NCBI RefSeq assembly: GCF_033153115.1
Contig: NW_026889751.1
Coordinates: forward strand, 5,952,001 to 6,016,000
DNA from: Saccostrea echinata
Lineage: Eukaryota
Length of the DNA stretch: 64,000 nucleotides
Direction of reading: 5' to 3'
Part shown: piece by piece, positions 1-11,482 of the stretch
Layout: each line of letters begins with the position of its first letter
Position numbering within the stretch: the stretch's first letter is position 1
The notes under the pieces: model-generated
Databases searched by the model: none
What the model saw: only the letters and a program-made list of their open reading frames with translations
Told to the model about the DNA's origin: nothing
Program-made: the position numbers and the translations under genes

Positions 1-848
1 AAGAAAATTAATTCGAAAACAGGCATTCAAAAACAGGCTCTAGCTAGCTTGGTGTAAAACCTTTGCTTTTGTTCTTTTCTGCAGAACATCATTCACTAAT
101 CATAAGATTTTAAACAGTTCTCACATTCTTACAATCACATAAACTCTTATCTTGTTTTACCTTGTTTTACCTTTTATATTTAAAAAAAAATACACATAAA
201 ACAAATCAACATCTTTTCATAAAGAATTTATTTCTAGATTTGTGAGTTATTTGTATTGAATTGCATTAAATAAGTATGGGCGCTTTGATATTATTTTATT
301 TTAAGTTTTATTAAATTTCTTAATAACTTGATATTTATATTGAATTCAAATCTAAGCATTTCAATGTATATGAATGTATTTTTCCTTGCTTATTTGTCTT
401 TTGCACTTTGTTAGTTTACCTATTCAGTTTTGTTGTTTATTCCATTTTTATTTATGTATTTATTTTATTTTATTTTATTTTTTTGTATCTTTCCATGCAT
501 ATTTGCCTCTTGCACTTTTTTATTTACTTATTAAGTTCTGTTGTTCGTTGCACTCTTTTATTTTATTTTCATTATATTGTATAATGATAATATATGCTAG
601 GTAATGACTTTTGTGTATAATTTATCCTTTTCATTTCTTTCTTTTCTAGTTTACATTAGAAATTAATATAATTTATTATGAACAATTTCGTCATTAATTG
701 TAAACCATTCTTAACATTTGTAACCTTGACCTTCTTGGAGAGGACTTATATAGGCTATGCTTGATTCTAATCCAATTAAGTGATTTGACGTTACATAATA
801 AAATACTGATTTAATTAAGTATGGGCGCTGTTGTTTTGGTAAACTCGT

Positions 849-1334
849 NNNNNNNNNNNNNNNNNNNNNNNNNNNNNNNNNNNNNNNNNNNNNNNNNNNN
901 NNNNNNNNNNNNNNNNNNNNNNNNNNNNNNNNNNNNNNNNNNNNNNNNNNNNNNNNNNNNNNNNNNNNNNNNNNNNNNNNNNNTTTTCTGTATTTATCTT
1001 GTTGTGGGAGCATATTATAGGAAATCTAGTATATATTCGCTGAAAAAGTCCCACTTCATTTGAAGCTTAGTTTAAACCATACTTTATTTGAAATATACAA
1101 GATTGATAACATATTAATGACTCTCCTGATAATTTGTTGAAGTAACAGATACTTTTTGGGTAGTACAAAATAATGCGATAGAGATGATTATAATACAAAA
1201 AATGNNNNNNNNNNNNNNNNNNNNNNNNNNNNNNNNNNNNNNNNNNNNNNNNNNNNNNNNNNNNNNNNNNNNNNNNNNNNNNNNNNNNNNNNNNNNNNNN
1301 NNNNNNNNNNNNNNNNNNNNNNNNNNNNNNNNNN
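849..1334. other. Assembly gaps (N runs 849-983 and 1205-1334)
   Basis: Runs of N. Confidence 1.
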
Positions 1335-3323
1335 GATTTTTAAGCTTCTATAAAGGAAAACTTGATAAATATGTATTATTGCAACAATAAAGCCTGTACA
1401 ATTGCATCTAGTAATTAATGTAATATTTTCAGTATCGATTTTCCTCAAATGTAGTTCAATTCTTATTGAAGGTATTTCCATCCTCTCAATTTTATGAGTT
1501 CAAAGTAGAAAAACTGCATTTATCTTCAATGAATATAGTTTAGATTAACGAATAATCGCAAAAAATATATAGGTTATCATAATTTTTAAGATGTATGACA
1601 TAAATAAACAGATGTCAGCATTAAAAAAATGTACATTTTTAGTAAACAGTTTTATAAAAATAATGTAGAAACTGGTTCAAATACATAATTGTGATTCTGA
1701 AAGTTCCAAAATAATTGCCTCTCAATTGTGAATATCAGGGAAACCATTTTTACATTAGAAGTACAGTAAGGAAAATGCCTGAATATAGATACTTAAGAAA
1801 GAGTTATTGCCTTAAGCAACACTTTTAAAGATTGAATAATTGATTAAATAAAAAAAAATATTCATTTTTTAAAATTCTTTTACTAAACAATATTTGTTAT
1901 TACACCCATTGAAAAACATTCTTCTAAAAGAGATGTTTCTATGGGGTATGAATTTAAATTAATAACCCTTATTTTATTATTTATTTTATTTTTTTTTATT
2001 TCTTTTTTTTTTGCAAAAATCTATGACATCACAGGAGGGTGGAAATACCTTAAGGTCACAAGCAACGCAACTTACATCTACTTTGCTCTCATTGATAATT
2101 TTCTAAGATATACCAAATTTAAAATCACAGTACCATGTTCCTAAACAAAAATTCAGCATTCATTGGCGTTTAAGGAGTTTTAAACATATATTAAACGAGG
2201 AAAATCCTTGTGTATATTAAAATATATTGACAAAAAGACAGTTCTGGTTGGTGTTTCCTCCTAAGAAGATGGGCGAACATAGCATGCAGAAAGCCTATAG
2301 CTTCAGATATATATCAATCATGTTCAGTTTGTGAATTTTGACAATTATTATTGTCTCATTATTGAAATTCATGAAATTATGATAAACAAAACTTTTCTGA
2401 GGACAATTTTCTCAGCAAAATTTATTCTTTTATTGAAAAAATATTAATGTGGTATTCGTGATTAAAAAAATATTAATGTGGTATTCGTGGGGTTCGAACC
2501 CTAGCAATAAAAACCCTGAGTATCATTTTCTTTCGAGACTAGCACGCTAACCACTAGACTACACAAGTCCTGATGAAGAGTGGCATTTAACTCATGTTTG
2601 TGATATGACCCTTGACTTAATGGACTTCAAGTATTTCTCGAAAAGATACGAATGTTATGTCATAAAAGTATATTTTTAAGGTATAGTGGGTCATTGCTCC
2701 ATATTTTTGGTAACCAAAAAATGTATATTTTTATGCAAACTTTGAGCATTAACTTTCAAAAAGGTGGAGCGAAGACCCACTCATATCGAAAAATAGTGTT
2801 ATAGTATGAGAAAATGACTCTTTTTGCTCGCTTTGGTGTGTGTCTAATATTTCACAGGCAAATAATTTCACTCTTTGAGGGATTTTTGCAAATTGTAGAG
2901 ATTTTACATAATGTATATTTTAATGTTAGACGAAATATCAAGGAAAATTCTGATATATTTGAAATTTAATTTTTCATCTTCATGTTTGTCACACTATAGG
3001 CTTACCGCTCGTCATGTTCACCCATCTCCTTTGATTCAGAGGAGGTCTTAAGCATTACTAGGCATCATTAAATTACATAAAGATCCCTCAATTATTGAAA
3101 CTCTTTAATTATACAGGGAATAAGAAAATAACGTTTAAAACTACGTTGTGTATGTCCTTAAGTATTATGTTCTCGTTCAAACTCGTACTGGTATAATTAG
3201 AAATATTTAAATTCTGAGGAAGGAGCTTCGAAAGAAAAGGTTTCGCCAGACATACCTTACGTAAGATTTCAAAATATCTTATTTTTAGGCACAGGTGAGC
3301 TCATTGTTTATTCTTGCAATTAA

Positions 3324-5420
3324 TTAAAGTTTGTCCTCAGAATTTTCTTCCGGTTTTCTTCCTCTTCTGTCTTGGCGTCTTTGGGTCGTTTTAAACCGAT
3401 TCGACTTTTTTGTTTTTTTTTTTGAATCAGATAAGACAGTAAGCATTCTGATAATTTTAGCTTTAAAGATCACACATCTATCCGGATGAGTAAGCGATGT
3501 TCTGTAAGACTCAAATGCTTCCGTATAATATCCGGACAATTGTTGAGCAATCCCAAGGACATGCCAAGAGGTATTCTTCAGATCAACGGGAACAATTCTT
3601 CTGTTATCATTATTAAGTAAATATTTCAATTCCCATAAGGTAATATCGCGGCCTTTTATGTCTCCAAGTCGTATGTAGCAAAGGATAATGAGAAAAAGTG
3701 TCAGTACGTATGGAGGGATAACGAAATGCGTATTTTCCATCCTTCCCACATGCTGTTCAATCCTTAATTCATCTAAATACGTAACGAAACTAGAGAGACC
3801 AATTTCTGCTGCTACACTTAGCATTGAAGTCCATGATTTGTCCCTGTCATATTTAATGGATTCTATCGATATAAATGAGTTTGGTATATATATAACATGG
3901 GGTTGTTTTAAATCTTTCTTTGTCTTTCTCGCATAGCCTAGAGCTTCTTCAAATCTGGACTTTCTGTAAAGATACATCACGTAAAAAATATTGTCTGATA
4001 GGAACCCATGTTTGGCTGCAACTTCTAACAAGTCACCAGATTTACAAAAATCACTTGTCATTCCGAAATTCATTACAATAAAAGCCACGTGAGTAAATAA
4101 CGAACAAATATGTTGTCTTAATGCCATATTTTGAACAAGAGTGATGGTTTCCTTTTGTAGAAGCCTTCTTATGGTAAGCACATAAATCTCCACGTACTGT
4201 AATCGAGCAAGTTCTACATACAATCCTACTTTATTATTAATCTCATCGAATAACCTAAAATCTATTTCAAATTTTCTTAACCCATAAAGAGAAGTAAAGG
4301 ATTTTCGCAAAAATATGTACTTTTCGAAGATGCATGGCCTTAAGCATGCATAATCCATGCTACATAACAAAAAAAGTTTTTCAAGCAACTTCTCTCTAGC
4401 ACTTCCCACAATTTTGCTCTGGAACATGTTGTTTTCTTGAATAAAAAAATTTGGTAAATTGCCCTTATATATACAGAAAATTAAACGTTTAAAGCAATTC
4501 CAAAAACATTTTATCAAGTTTTCTGGAAACCAAAACGATTTTTCGTTTTCTTGCATCATGTAAAACATTATAGTTTTCAAAAAGTAGGAACACAATAGGT
4601 CTTTATCATCCAACAACGGCTTGATTATTTTGTTGAGAAAAATCTTGAATAAGCCGTAACAAGTAAATTGAACATGACTCACGCACTGTACACATTTCAA
4701 TTCAATGAGATTGAAAGAAATTCTCCATTCATAATCCTGATTTGGAGAGTCTTTACGGCCAATAGGAACGAAATGACAGCCTGTTTTTCTGGCATATTGC
4801 AATACGGTAGAATCGGGCCAACCCTTTGTTCGACATCGCTTTATCCAAGATGAAGCTACCGGTGGAAGAAAATCACATTTCAATGAATGAGCATTGTCGT
4901 AGTAAACTCCATTACCCAATTTACCGCTTGCACAAGGTCCATGTATTTTTGAATTTGCAACTACTAAGTTTCTGGTGGATTCCCTGTACTTAAAGCTCGA
5001 CATGTAGGTTCCTTCTTTTAATGAGACATAACTATCACTAACAACACTCCAAACAGACCATCCTTTGACTTTCAGGAGGACGGATCCCGGGCTATCATCA
5101 CAATACTCCATCATAATCAATGTTTCCTTGCCGTATAGGTTTTCTTGTCCCGGGTGATAAATAACTTTGTGGTCAGTCCACCAGTAGAGAAAATCAGCGT
5201 CGGACTCATCAAATCGGAATCCTTCCCTTTGACTTCCAGTCGCCACTCGGAAAAATTTAGGATGTCTTCTAAAGGGTAATTTTACTGTCGTTGAAGCTGA
5301 ATTATAGATAGCTTCTTCAATGTCCCTTATCTGTCTCCTGATATCCACTTCTGCTGGAGTACCGATCTCTAATTGAAGCAATAAATATACTTCCTGAGAA
5401 AGTTTTGATTCACTTTCCAT
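3324..5420 (-). CDS. Mab-21/cGAS-like receptor (cGLR) nucleotidyltransferase with C-terminal TPR-like helical region; single coding exon, 698 aa
   Basis: NTase signature ATGSQREG...SDADF (GS-x-DxD) and a third acidic residue candidate in YYDNAH. Mab-21 motifs CHFVPIG, EWRISF, LCSYFLKT and PNFFIQENNMF. TPR-like helices YLYRKSRFEEALGYA and WHVLGIAQQLSGYYTEAFESY. AATAAA on the minus strand at 3307-3312, just after the stop. Confidence 0.9.
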   Translation of the reverse strand: MESESKLSQEVYLLLQLEIGTPAEVDIRRQIRDIEEAIYNSASTTVKLPFRRHPKFFRVATGSQREGFRFDESDADFLYWWTDHKVIYHPGQENLYGKETLIMMEYCDDSPGSVLLKVKGWSVWSVVSDSYVSLKEGTYMSSFKYRESTRNLVVANSKIHGPCASGKLGNGVYYDNAHSLKCDFLPPVASSWIKRCRTKGWPDSTVLQYARKTGCHFVPIGRKDSPNQDYEWRISFNLIELKCVQCVSHVQFTCYGLFKIFLNKIIKPLLDDKDLLCSYFLKTIMFYMMQENEKSFWFPENLIKCFWNCFKRLIFCIYKGNLPNFFIQENNMFQSKIVGSAREKLLEKLFLLCSMDYACLRPCIFEKYIFLRKSFTSLYGLRKFEIDFRLFDEINNKVGLYVELARLQYVEIYVLTIRRLLQKETITLVQNMALRQHICSLFTHVAFIVMNFGMTSDFCKSGDLLEVAAKHGFLSDNIFYVMYLYRKSRFEEALGYARKTKKDLKQPHVIYIPNSFISIESIKYDRDKSWTSMLSVAAEIGLSSFVTYLDELRIEQHVGRMENTHFVIPPYVLTLFLIILCYIRLGDIKGRDITLWELKYLLNNDNRRIVPVDLKNTSWHVLGIAQQLSGYYTEAFESYRTSLTHPDRCVIFKAKIIRMLTVLSDSKKKTKKSNRFKTTQRRQDRRGRKPEENSEDKL

Positions 5421-5543
5421 TTTAAATAAACCCTTATGCGTGTTTTGTTAACACCTACGGACTGGTACCCTGGCTTTATTTTCTCTACTGATCCCCTAAT
5501 ATTGGTAAACTGTAAACGAGTGCACGACGTATGGTGTCCCGAT

Positions 5544-5926
5544 ATGGCCATTTGCAAAAGTTTAACAGCACGTTAAGAACAACACTGCGCGTTGTTCATA
5601 ACACGCTGTCACGCTAACACCCAACACGCTGCCACAACACGCCGGTGTGCTATCAAACAACACGCCGTCGCTCTGACAAAACTTTACACAATTTAGTGCT
5701 TGTAAGCGCAGCGGCGTGTTGTGTAAAGTTGCGTAAGCGTGGTGGCGTACTGTGTTTTGTGTGACGGCATGATGTGTGTTAGTGTGACGGCGTGTTGTTA
5801 CTGACGTCCTGATGCACATTTGCACGTGACAATGCGATAGCGCAAGGTAAAAACGCGGCGGCGCGTTGTGAACACCGCCCTAGGGCGTGGTCACTTCGCG
5901 CTGTTACACTTTTTGCAAATGACCAT
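5544..5926. mobile_element. CpG-rich MITE-like element with terminal inverted repeats, ~120 bp upstream of the cGLR ATG
   Basis: Left end ATGGCCATTTGCAAAAGTTTAACAGCACG matches the reverse complement of the right end CGCGCTGTTACACTTTTTGCAAATGACCAT. Interior made of inverted ACACGC/GCGTGT motifs. Confidence 0.6.
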
Positions 5927-5969
5927 CATGACGAGTGCAAGTCCCAGTATAATGGGTCAGAGAACCACT

Positions 5970-6222
5970 GTTTGTTTGCTGTTTAACGTCCCTTTCGAGA
6001 ATTTTTCACTTATATTGAGACGCCGGTGGAAAGCTGCAGACTTATACTCGGCACTCAGGGCCAGTGAGGAGTGAAGGATCTTTATCGTGCCAACACCTAT
6101 TGGGTCACGGTACCTCGGTTTATACGGTTCTCAGTGGGATTCGAACCCGCGACGTAAGGATCTCAATCAACTTTTTACTCCGAGACTCTAGAGCAAACGC
6201 TCTAACCACTGCACACGCGAGC
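5970..6222 (-). mobile_element. tRNA-derived SINE
   Basis: Minus-strand box A-like GCAGTGGTTAGAGCG, box B GGGTTCGAATCCC (6136-6148), and an (AAAC)n tail at the 5970 end. A second copy lies at 47445-47563. Confidence 0.75.
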
Positions 6223-6409
6223 GACGAGAACCAGTGTTATAATTAGGGCTGGGTATCGGTTGGGAATTTCGTATTGCGATATATTGCGATAATTGGAACT
6301 GTATTGCGATATGTATTGCAATATTTTTGGGAGAACACTGCGTATAATGTTTAATTTTTATATAAGACAGTCCTGCGTTCCATAGAGTTGATTCTTATAG
6401 CTTGGTTTG

Positions 6410-6641
6410 CATGGCCGTAGGAACCGGGGGCCCGGGGGGGGTGCAAACCCCCCCCCCCATAATTTTGCCGATATATAGAATACTATAGGAAACACAGCTA
6501 CTATATGCTTGTGCCCCCTCAATAAAAACGTCAAATGGCCTTTTTTTTTGCTTGTCAAGGAAATTTGGTAGTCGATATTGCCCCCCAACTGAAAATGTAT
6601 GGTTGTGCCCCCTCAAAGTGAAATTGCTTCCTACGGGCCTG
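6410..6641. mobile_element. MITE with CA(T/G)G(G/C)CCGTAGG terminal repeats and 5-bp TSD (hAT5-like)
   Basis: CATGGCCGTAGG...CCTACGGGCCTG flanked by GTTTG on both sides (6405-6409 and 6642-6646). Confidence 0.7.
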
Positions 6642-8919
6642 GTTTGGAAGTGTGAAAGGTCAAACGTGTTTGCCACAGAGTGAATGCTGCTTGAGTTGTC
6701 CGATTGGTAGATATTTTGGAGTGAAGAGTATGTGAGTGGTTTTACCAGTTTGATATCAGGTGCGCATGCTTGGCGCCAAATACAATTATTTGATAATTAC
6801 TAACTCGTTCCACCTTAGGAAAAGCAGGCAGAATTTATCTCCTTCTCCATATAACCTAACATTTCATAAAGTTGACAAATTAACAGTTGCTTTAAATAAA
6901 TTACATATCTTGTTAAAAAAAGTATATGCTTAAAGATAATTAGTTTAGAAATGTCATATTATTAATACTAAGATAATTTATTGTGTGTGTATATGTATTT
7001 TATTTGAGTCAATTATGTTCATGTTACAAATCACCTGAATTTGTCATATTATCAAAATATGAATATCGAACCCTTCAACTGTTATCTCTACATACCAATA
7101 TATCTAGGGCTGTGAAAGGGACCTGTATGCTAACACCTGCTGGTATCTACAGGGAAATTCTACTGTATCCCCCATTGTTAATCCTATGCATATTTTGGCA
7201 CGTATATCCGTTCGGGAATTAAGGAAGCTCTAAACATAGGCCCTATATTGTTTGATACGAGTCGTTAGTTTTAGAGAATTTATGAGTAAGATTACAATAA
7301 GAACAAGAAACTCGACATTTTTTTTTTTACATATCAATAGCACTGACTTATTGGTTAGTGACCATCTCTCCAACGTTTTCGGGGGAAATAATTACGAAGT
7401 ATATTCATTAGCAAAGAATTATCAAATGTTGCACAGAAAATGATTTTAATGAATAAGAACTGAGACACCCTTCCTATGAGAACAAAAATGAACAGGGACC
7501 CTAAGTAAACTGGTTAGGAGAGTCATACATATGCAAGTCTCCTGGTAGCGATTTATACCACCTTCCACCCATCTACCAGAACCACTTTTACGAAATAGAT
7601 TTTTCGGCTTTGGACAAATTGTTCACGGTTTTATTTTTTCGACTTTTTTTCCCAGTGGAGCGTTCCCCTCCCTGAAAATAATATTTGAATCTACGGCAAT
7701 ATATCAATATCCTTTTTCAAAAATGTATCATGTTGCCAATTTTGATCTTCTAGGTAGAGGTGAATTCAAAATCTACATGATAGAGGATTTGTGAATCCAT
7801 GAGTCATTTCTATTTTGACTACCTAAAATGTCACCAACCGAGAAGCCTAAAACAGGACCAGGAAATGCAGTGAAATAAATCGAGACACCTCCCTTTCAGA
7901 ATTTTTAAGAATTTCTAAGATTTCCGCAAATAAGATCATTCTTCATAAAAATTCTCTCTAGCTTAATTTTGTCGTATATTGATCTTATGATATTATGTTT
8001 AATAATTAAACGAAATGATTCTGATACGTCGGTCGTGATGATACGGCATTTTAAGCAAAGGACACATGTAAAGTTTGAGCAGAAGAAAAAAAAAAACATT
8101 AACAGTGATGGCCTAGTGACCTTTGCATTATTACTTTGCGTTCTCTGACCAATTCCCATCTGCTGGAAGTGTCTATTACTTTCAGAGATAATGTGTCAAT
8201 TCGTGTCCTAAACTATGGGTTGTAAAAGACACAGCGACAATTTATGTTCTTCGCTGACTTTGTCAATAATCAGACTCATGCCAAACTCTCCAAGACGTGT
8301 TCATTATGGAGAAGACGGCATAAAAACAGATACTTGTCTTCTCTGCAGCAGCGAATCGTTAAATTAATTTGATCTATATTATTTGGACAAATTCAAGAAA
8401 TATCAGTGTACTATACGTTTTAAAAAACAGTCATTGTTTTATGTCATCTATACAGAAGAGCACTCTCTAATATGATTGAAAGACATTTAAATTCAATATG
8501 CACCATAAGGGAAAAAATTAAAATCTTTTAAAATAACACAATTAATAATTTTGCTATTCAACTCACAAGACATAGGGTCCTTAATTATGAAAAACCTGCT
8601 CTTTAAGTAGTTTTATGTGAAATCTGGAAAAAAAAAAATATCCTAATACTGGATTGAATTTCTCTGGCAGACTGGAAATGACAGATTAAAGGAAAAATGC
8701 ATTTCACATCTAGTGTCAATGATGGAATTCCTACAAGAAAATCAGAATATTACTAAAACGCAATAAAGAATGTAGATTTTCTTTTCTAGTGGATCTGCCT
8801 TTAATGAAAATGGCATCTCCTATCATAACAAGCTCTGATATACAATCTAGTCATGTACATAGGCATTAAGATTATGCTTTGTTTCTCTTAACAAATGCTT
8901 TGCTACAATATCTCACAAA

Positions 8920-9130
8920 ATCGGGGCCTTATTTTACAAATGAACCTATGCCTATGACCAAAAATAAAATTTGAATCCCCTTTCACCCAAGGATGCTTTC
9001 TGGCAAGTTAGATTGAAGTTGGCCCTGTGGTTCTTAAGGAGAAGTAAAAAATATGAAAAGTTTACAGTCAAACATCAGACAAAATGCGATCAAAAAGCTC
9101 ACTCAAGCTTTTAGCTCAGGTGAGCTAAAA
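8920..9130 (-). mobile_element. Truncated non-autonomous Helentron (HINE)-type element
   Basis: Ends in AAAAGCTCACTCAAGCTTTTAGCTCAGGTGAGCTAAAA, the same terminus as the element at 24619-25709. Confidence 0.7.
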
Positions 9131-9227
9131 TTTTAATAATTTCCTAGCTGATCACAATTCTCTATACATAAATATCCTATTTAACATATTTAATAATTTT
9201 TTCTTTCCTTAAATTTGACATTGTGAA

Positions 9228-9230
<3 letters not shown>

Positions 9231-9269
<39 letters not shown>

Positions 9270-9285
9270 GTGTGTGTGCGTGTGT
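9231..9285. repeat. (TA)n(TG)n microsatellite
   Basis: Direct reading. Confidence 0.95.
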
Positions 9286-9755
9286 GATATTTCCATTAAT
9301 GTATACAGTCTATTGATCCTCATTCAGATTCAGTTTTTCATAGATCTCCAGGATTGGAAAATTTTCTTTTGCGTTGTTGATATGCAGCCAGGTTTGTAGT
9401 TTTGTAAATTCTCTCTTAGAGAAATAAAGAGAGATAGACATATTAGTGTATGAGTTATTTATTAGACATACACTTTAATGTGTATTTATATATAAGAAAA
9501 TGCATACTTTTTAATGCACAATTGTACACAGTAAATTTTGTTAAACCCCCCAAAAAATGGTTAAAAGTTAAGGTTCAGGCACTGTATATAAATATCTGTA
9601 CAGTATCTCTCTTACAAAATAAACCTCTTTCATTAACTAAATACAATATACATCCAAAACAGCTGATATTATTTTACAAAATTAAAAAGTTACGCTGCTA
9701 AATATTTACAAAGCTTTCAAACTCCAAGATCTTCCCCTGAATAAAATACAGTTTA

Positions 9756-11448
9756 TTATTGTGTGGCACACTGATCTTCAGAATTGATGTTATCCGTTGG
9801 CAGGTCTTTTTTAGATGATTTGGGGCCCCTAAAACTTGTCTGTTGTGTTACACTAGTGGAGACTTTTGGTATAGAAAAGTCCAGTTCTATTCCCTTGGTG
9901 TCTGAAAAAAAAGTATACAAGTCATAAATATTTACTGGTCCTAAGTCATCTCTTAGAAGTGAATGTATATATACAAAACAACAACAACAACAAAACACAC
10001 TAGATGACAAAACTGGAAAACATTTATATTTACTAAGATAATATTATACTCATGCCTGTGGTAGTATGTCCTTGGATCACTATAAAAATATATATTTAAT
10101 ATTTCTTGAACTTTGATAATTTAAATATATGTAAATAAAAAGTTCAAGTCATTGACTTACAAGATTTGCATCAAATTTCATTATCTCATTGCCTAATGAC
10201 ATTAATGGTCCCTGAGAATCCCATAAATTCACTACCTGATTGCCTAGCAACCTTGACCTTTGAAATATGAACTTTGAGTCCTTTTATGTCACGGGTAACA
10301 ATACAATGTACTTATCTGAGAAACCATTTCATGCAAGAGTTCAAGATTAGCAATCAAGACATAAGTTTAACACACAAATGGACAGACAGACAAATGTGCC
10401 AAAAGAAGAGTAATGTCTCCCAATGGCCAAACAAAAAATAAACAAGCTAATTCAGAGAATTTGTGTCCCCCGCTTAGGGAAAAAAAGAAGAGCATGCGCA
10501 GTTCGGGGGGGGGGGGGGGGGGGGGTCACACTGCCCCCCCGTATTTGTAGAATTATTAAATGAATACATGTATATTGAAGCAAATTTAAAACAAGAAGTC
10601 TGTGAGCCAATGCTCACTAATAATACCCCCGCTCTGATGTGAATACACAAGTTCAGTTATGGACAAAAACAGTGATAATCAGGAAATTGACATCGGATTT
10701 GTAAAAACTGAATCCCAACATATGGCATGCCTAAACAAAGAAAAAATTTCAAGCATCTGCGATGAGTAGTTGCTGAGAAAACTACGACCAAAATTTATTA
10801 TGTATGGTACGGACAGACACACGGATAAACAGGTAGTTGACATCGGATTTGTTTCAAAAATGAATCCTATTATATGGCATGCCTAAACAAAGATTGTGCT
10901 AAAATTTCAAGCATCTGCAATGAGTAGTTGCTGAGAAAACTACGACTAAAATTTGTTATGTGTGGTATGGACAGACGCACGGATAAACAGGAAGTTGACA
11001 TCGGATTAGTACAAAAATAAATCCCACCATATGGCATGCCTAAACAAAGAGTGTGTTAAAATTTCAAGCACCTATGATGAGTAGTTGCTGAGAAAACTGC
11101 GACCAAAGTTTGTTATGTGTGGTATGGACAGACGCACGGATAAACAGGAAGTTGACATTGGATTAGTACAAAAATAAATCCCACCATATGGCATGCCTAA
11201 AAAAAGATTGTGCTAAAATTTCAAGCATCTGTGATGAGTAGTTGCTGAGAAAACTACGACCAAATTTTTTTATGTATGGTACGGACAAACGCACGGATAA
11301 ACAGGAAGTTGACATCGAATTCGTACAAAAATGAAACCCACCATATGGCATGCCTAAACAAAGAGTGTGTTAAAATTTCAAGCACCTCTGATGAGTAGTT
11401 GCTGAGAAAACTGCGACCAAAGTTTGTTACGGACAGACAGACAGACAG

Positions 11449-11482
<34 letters not shown>

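Noticed and set aside
374-2144. Short Phe/Leu/Ile-rich ORFs and ORFs spanning N runs
   Set aside because: Products of T-rich low-complexity DNA and assembly gaps, with no motifs or splice support.
6130-6215. tRNA gene candidates (also ~2485-2560, ~11755-11815, ~47480-47560)
   Set aside because: Only A/B boxes without a complete cloverleaf, embedded in SINE or other repeat bodies.
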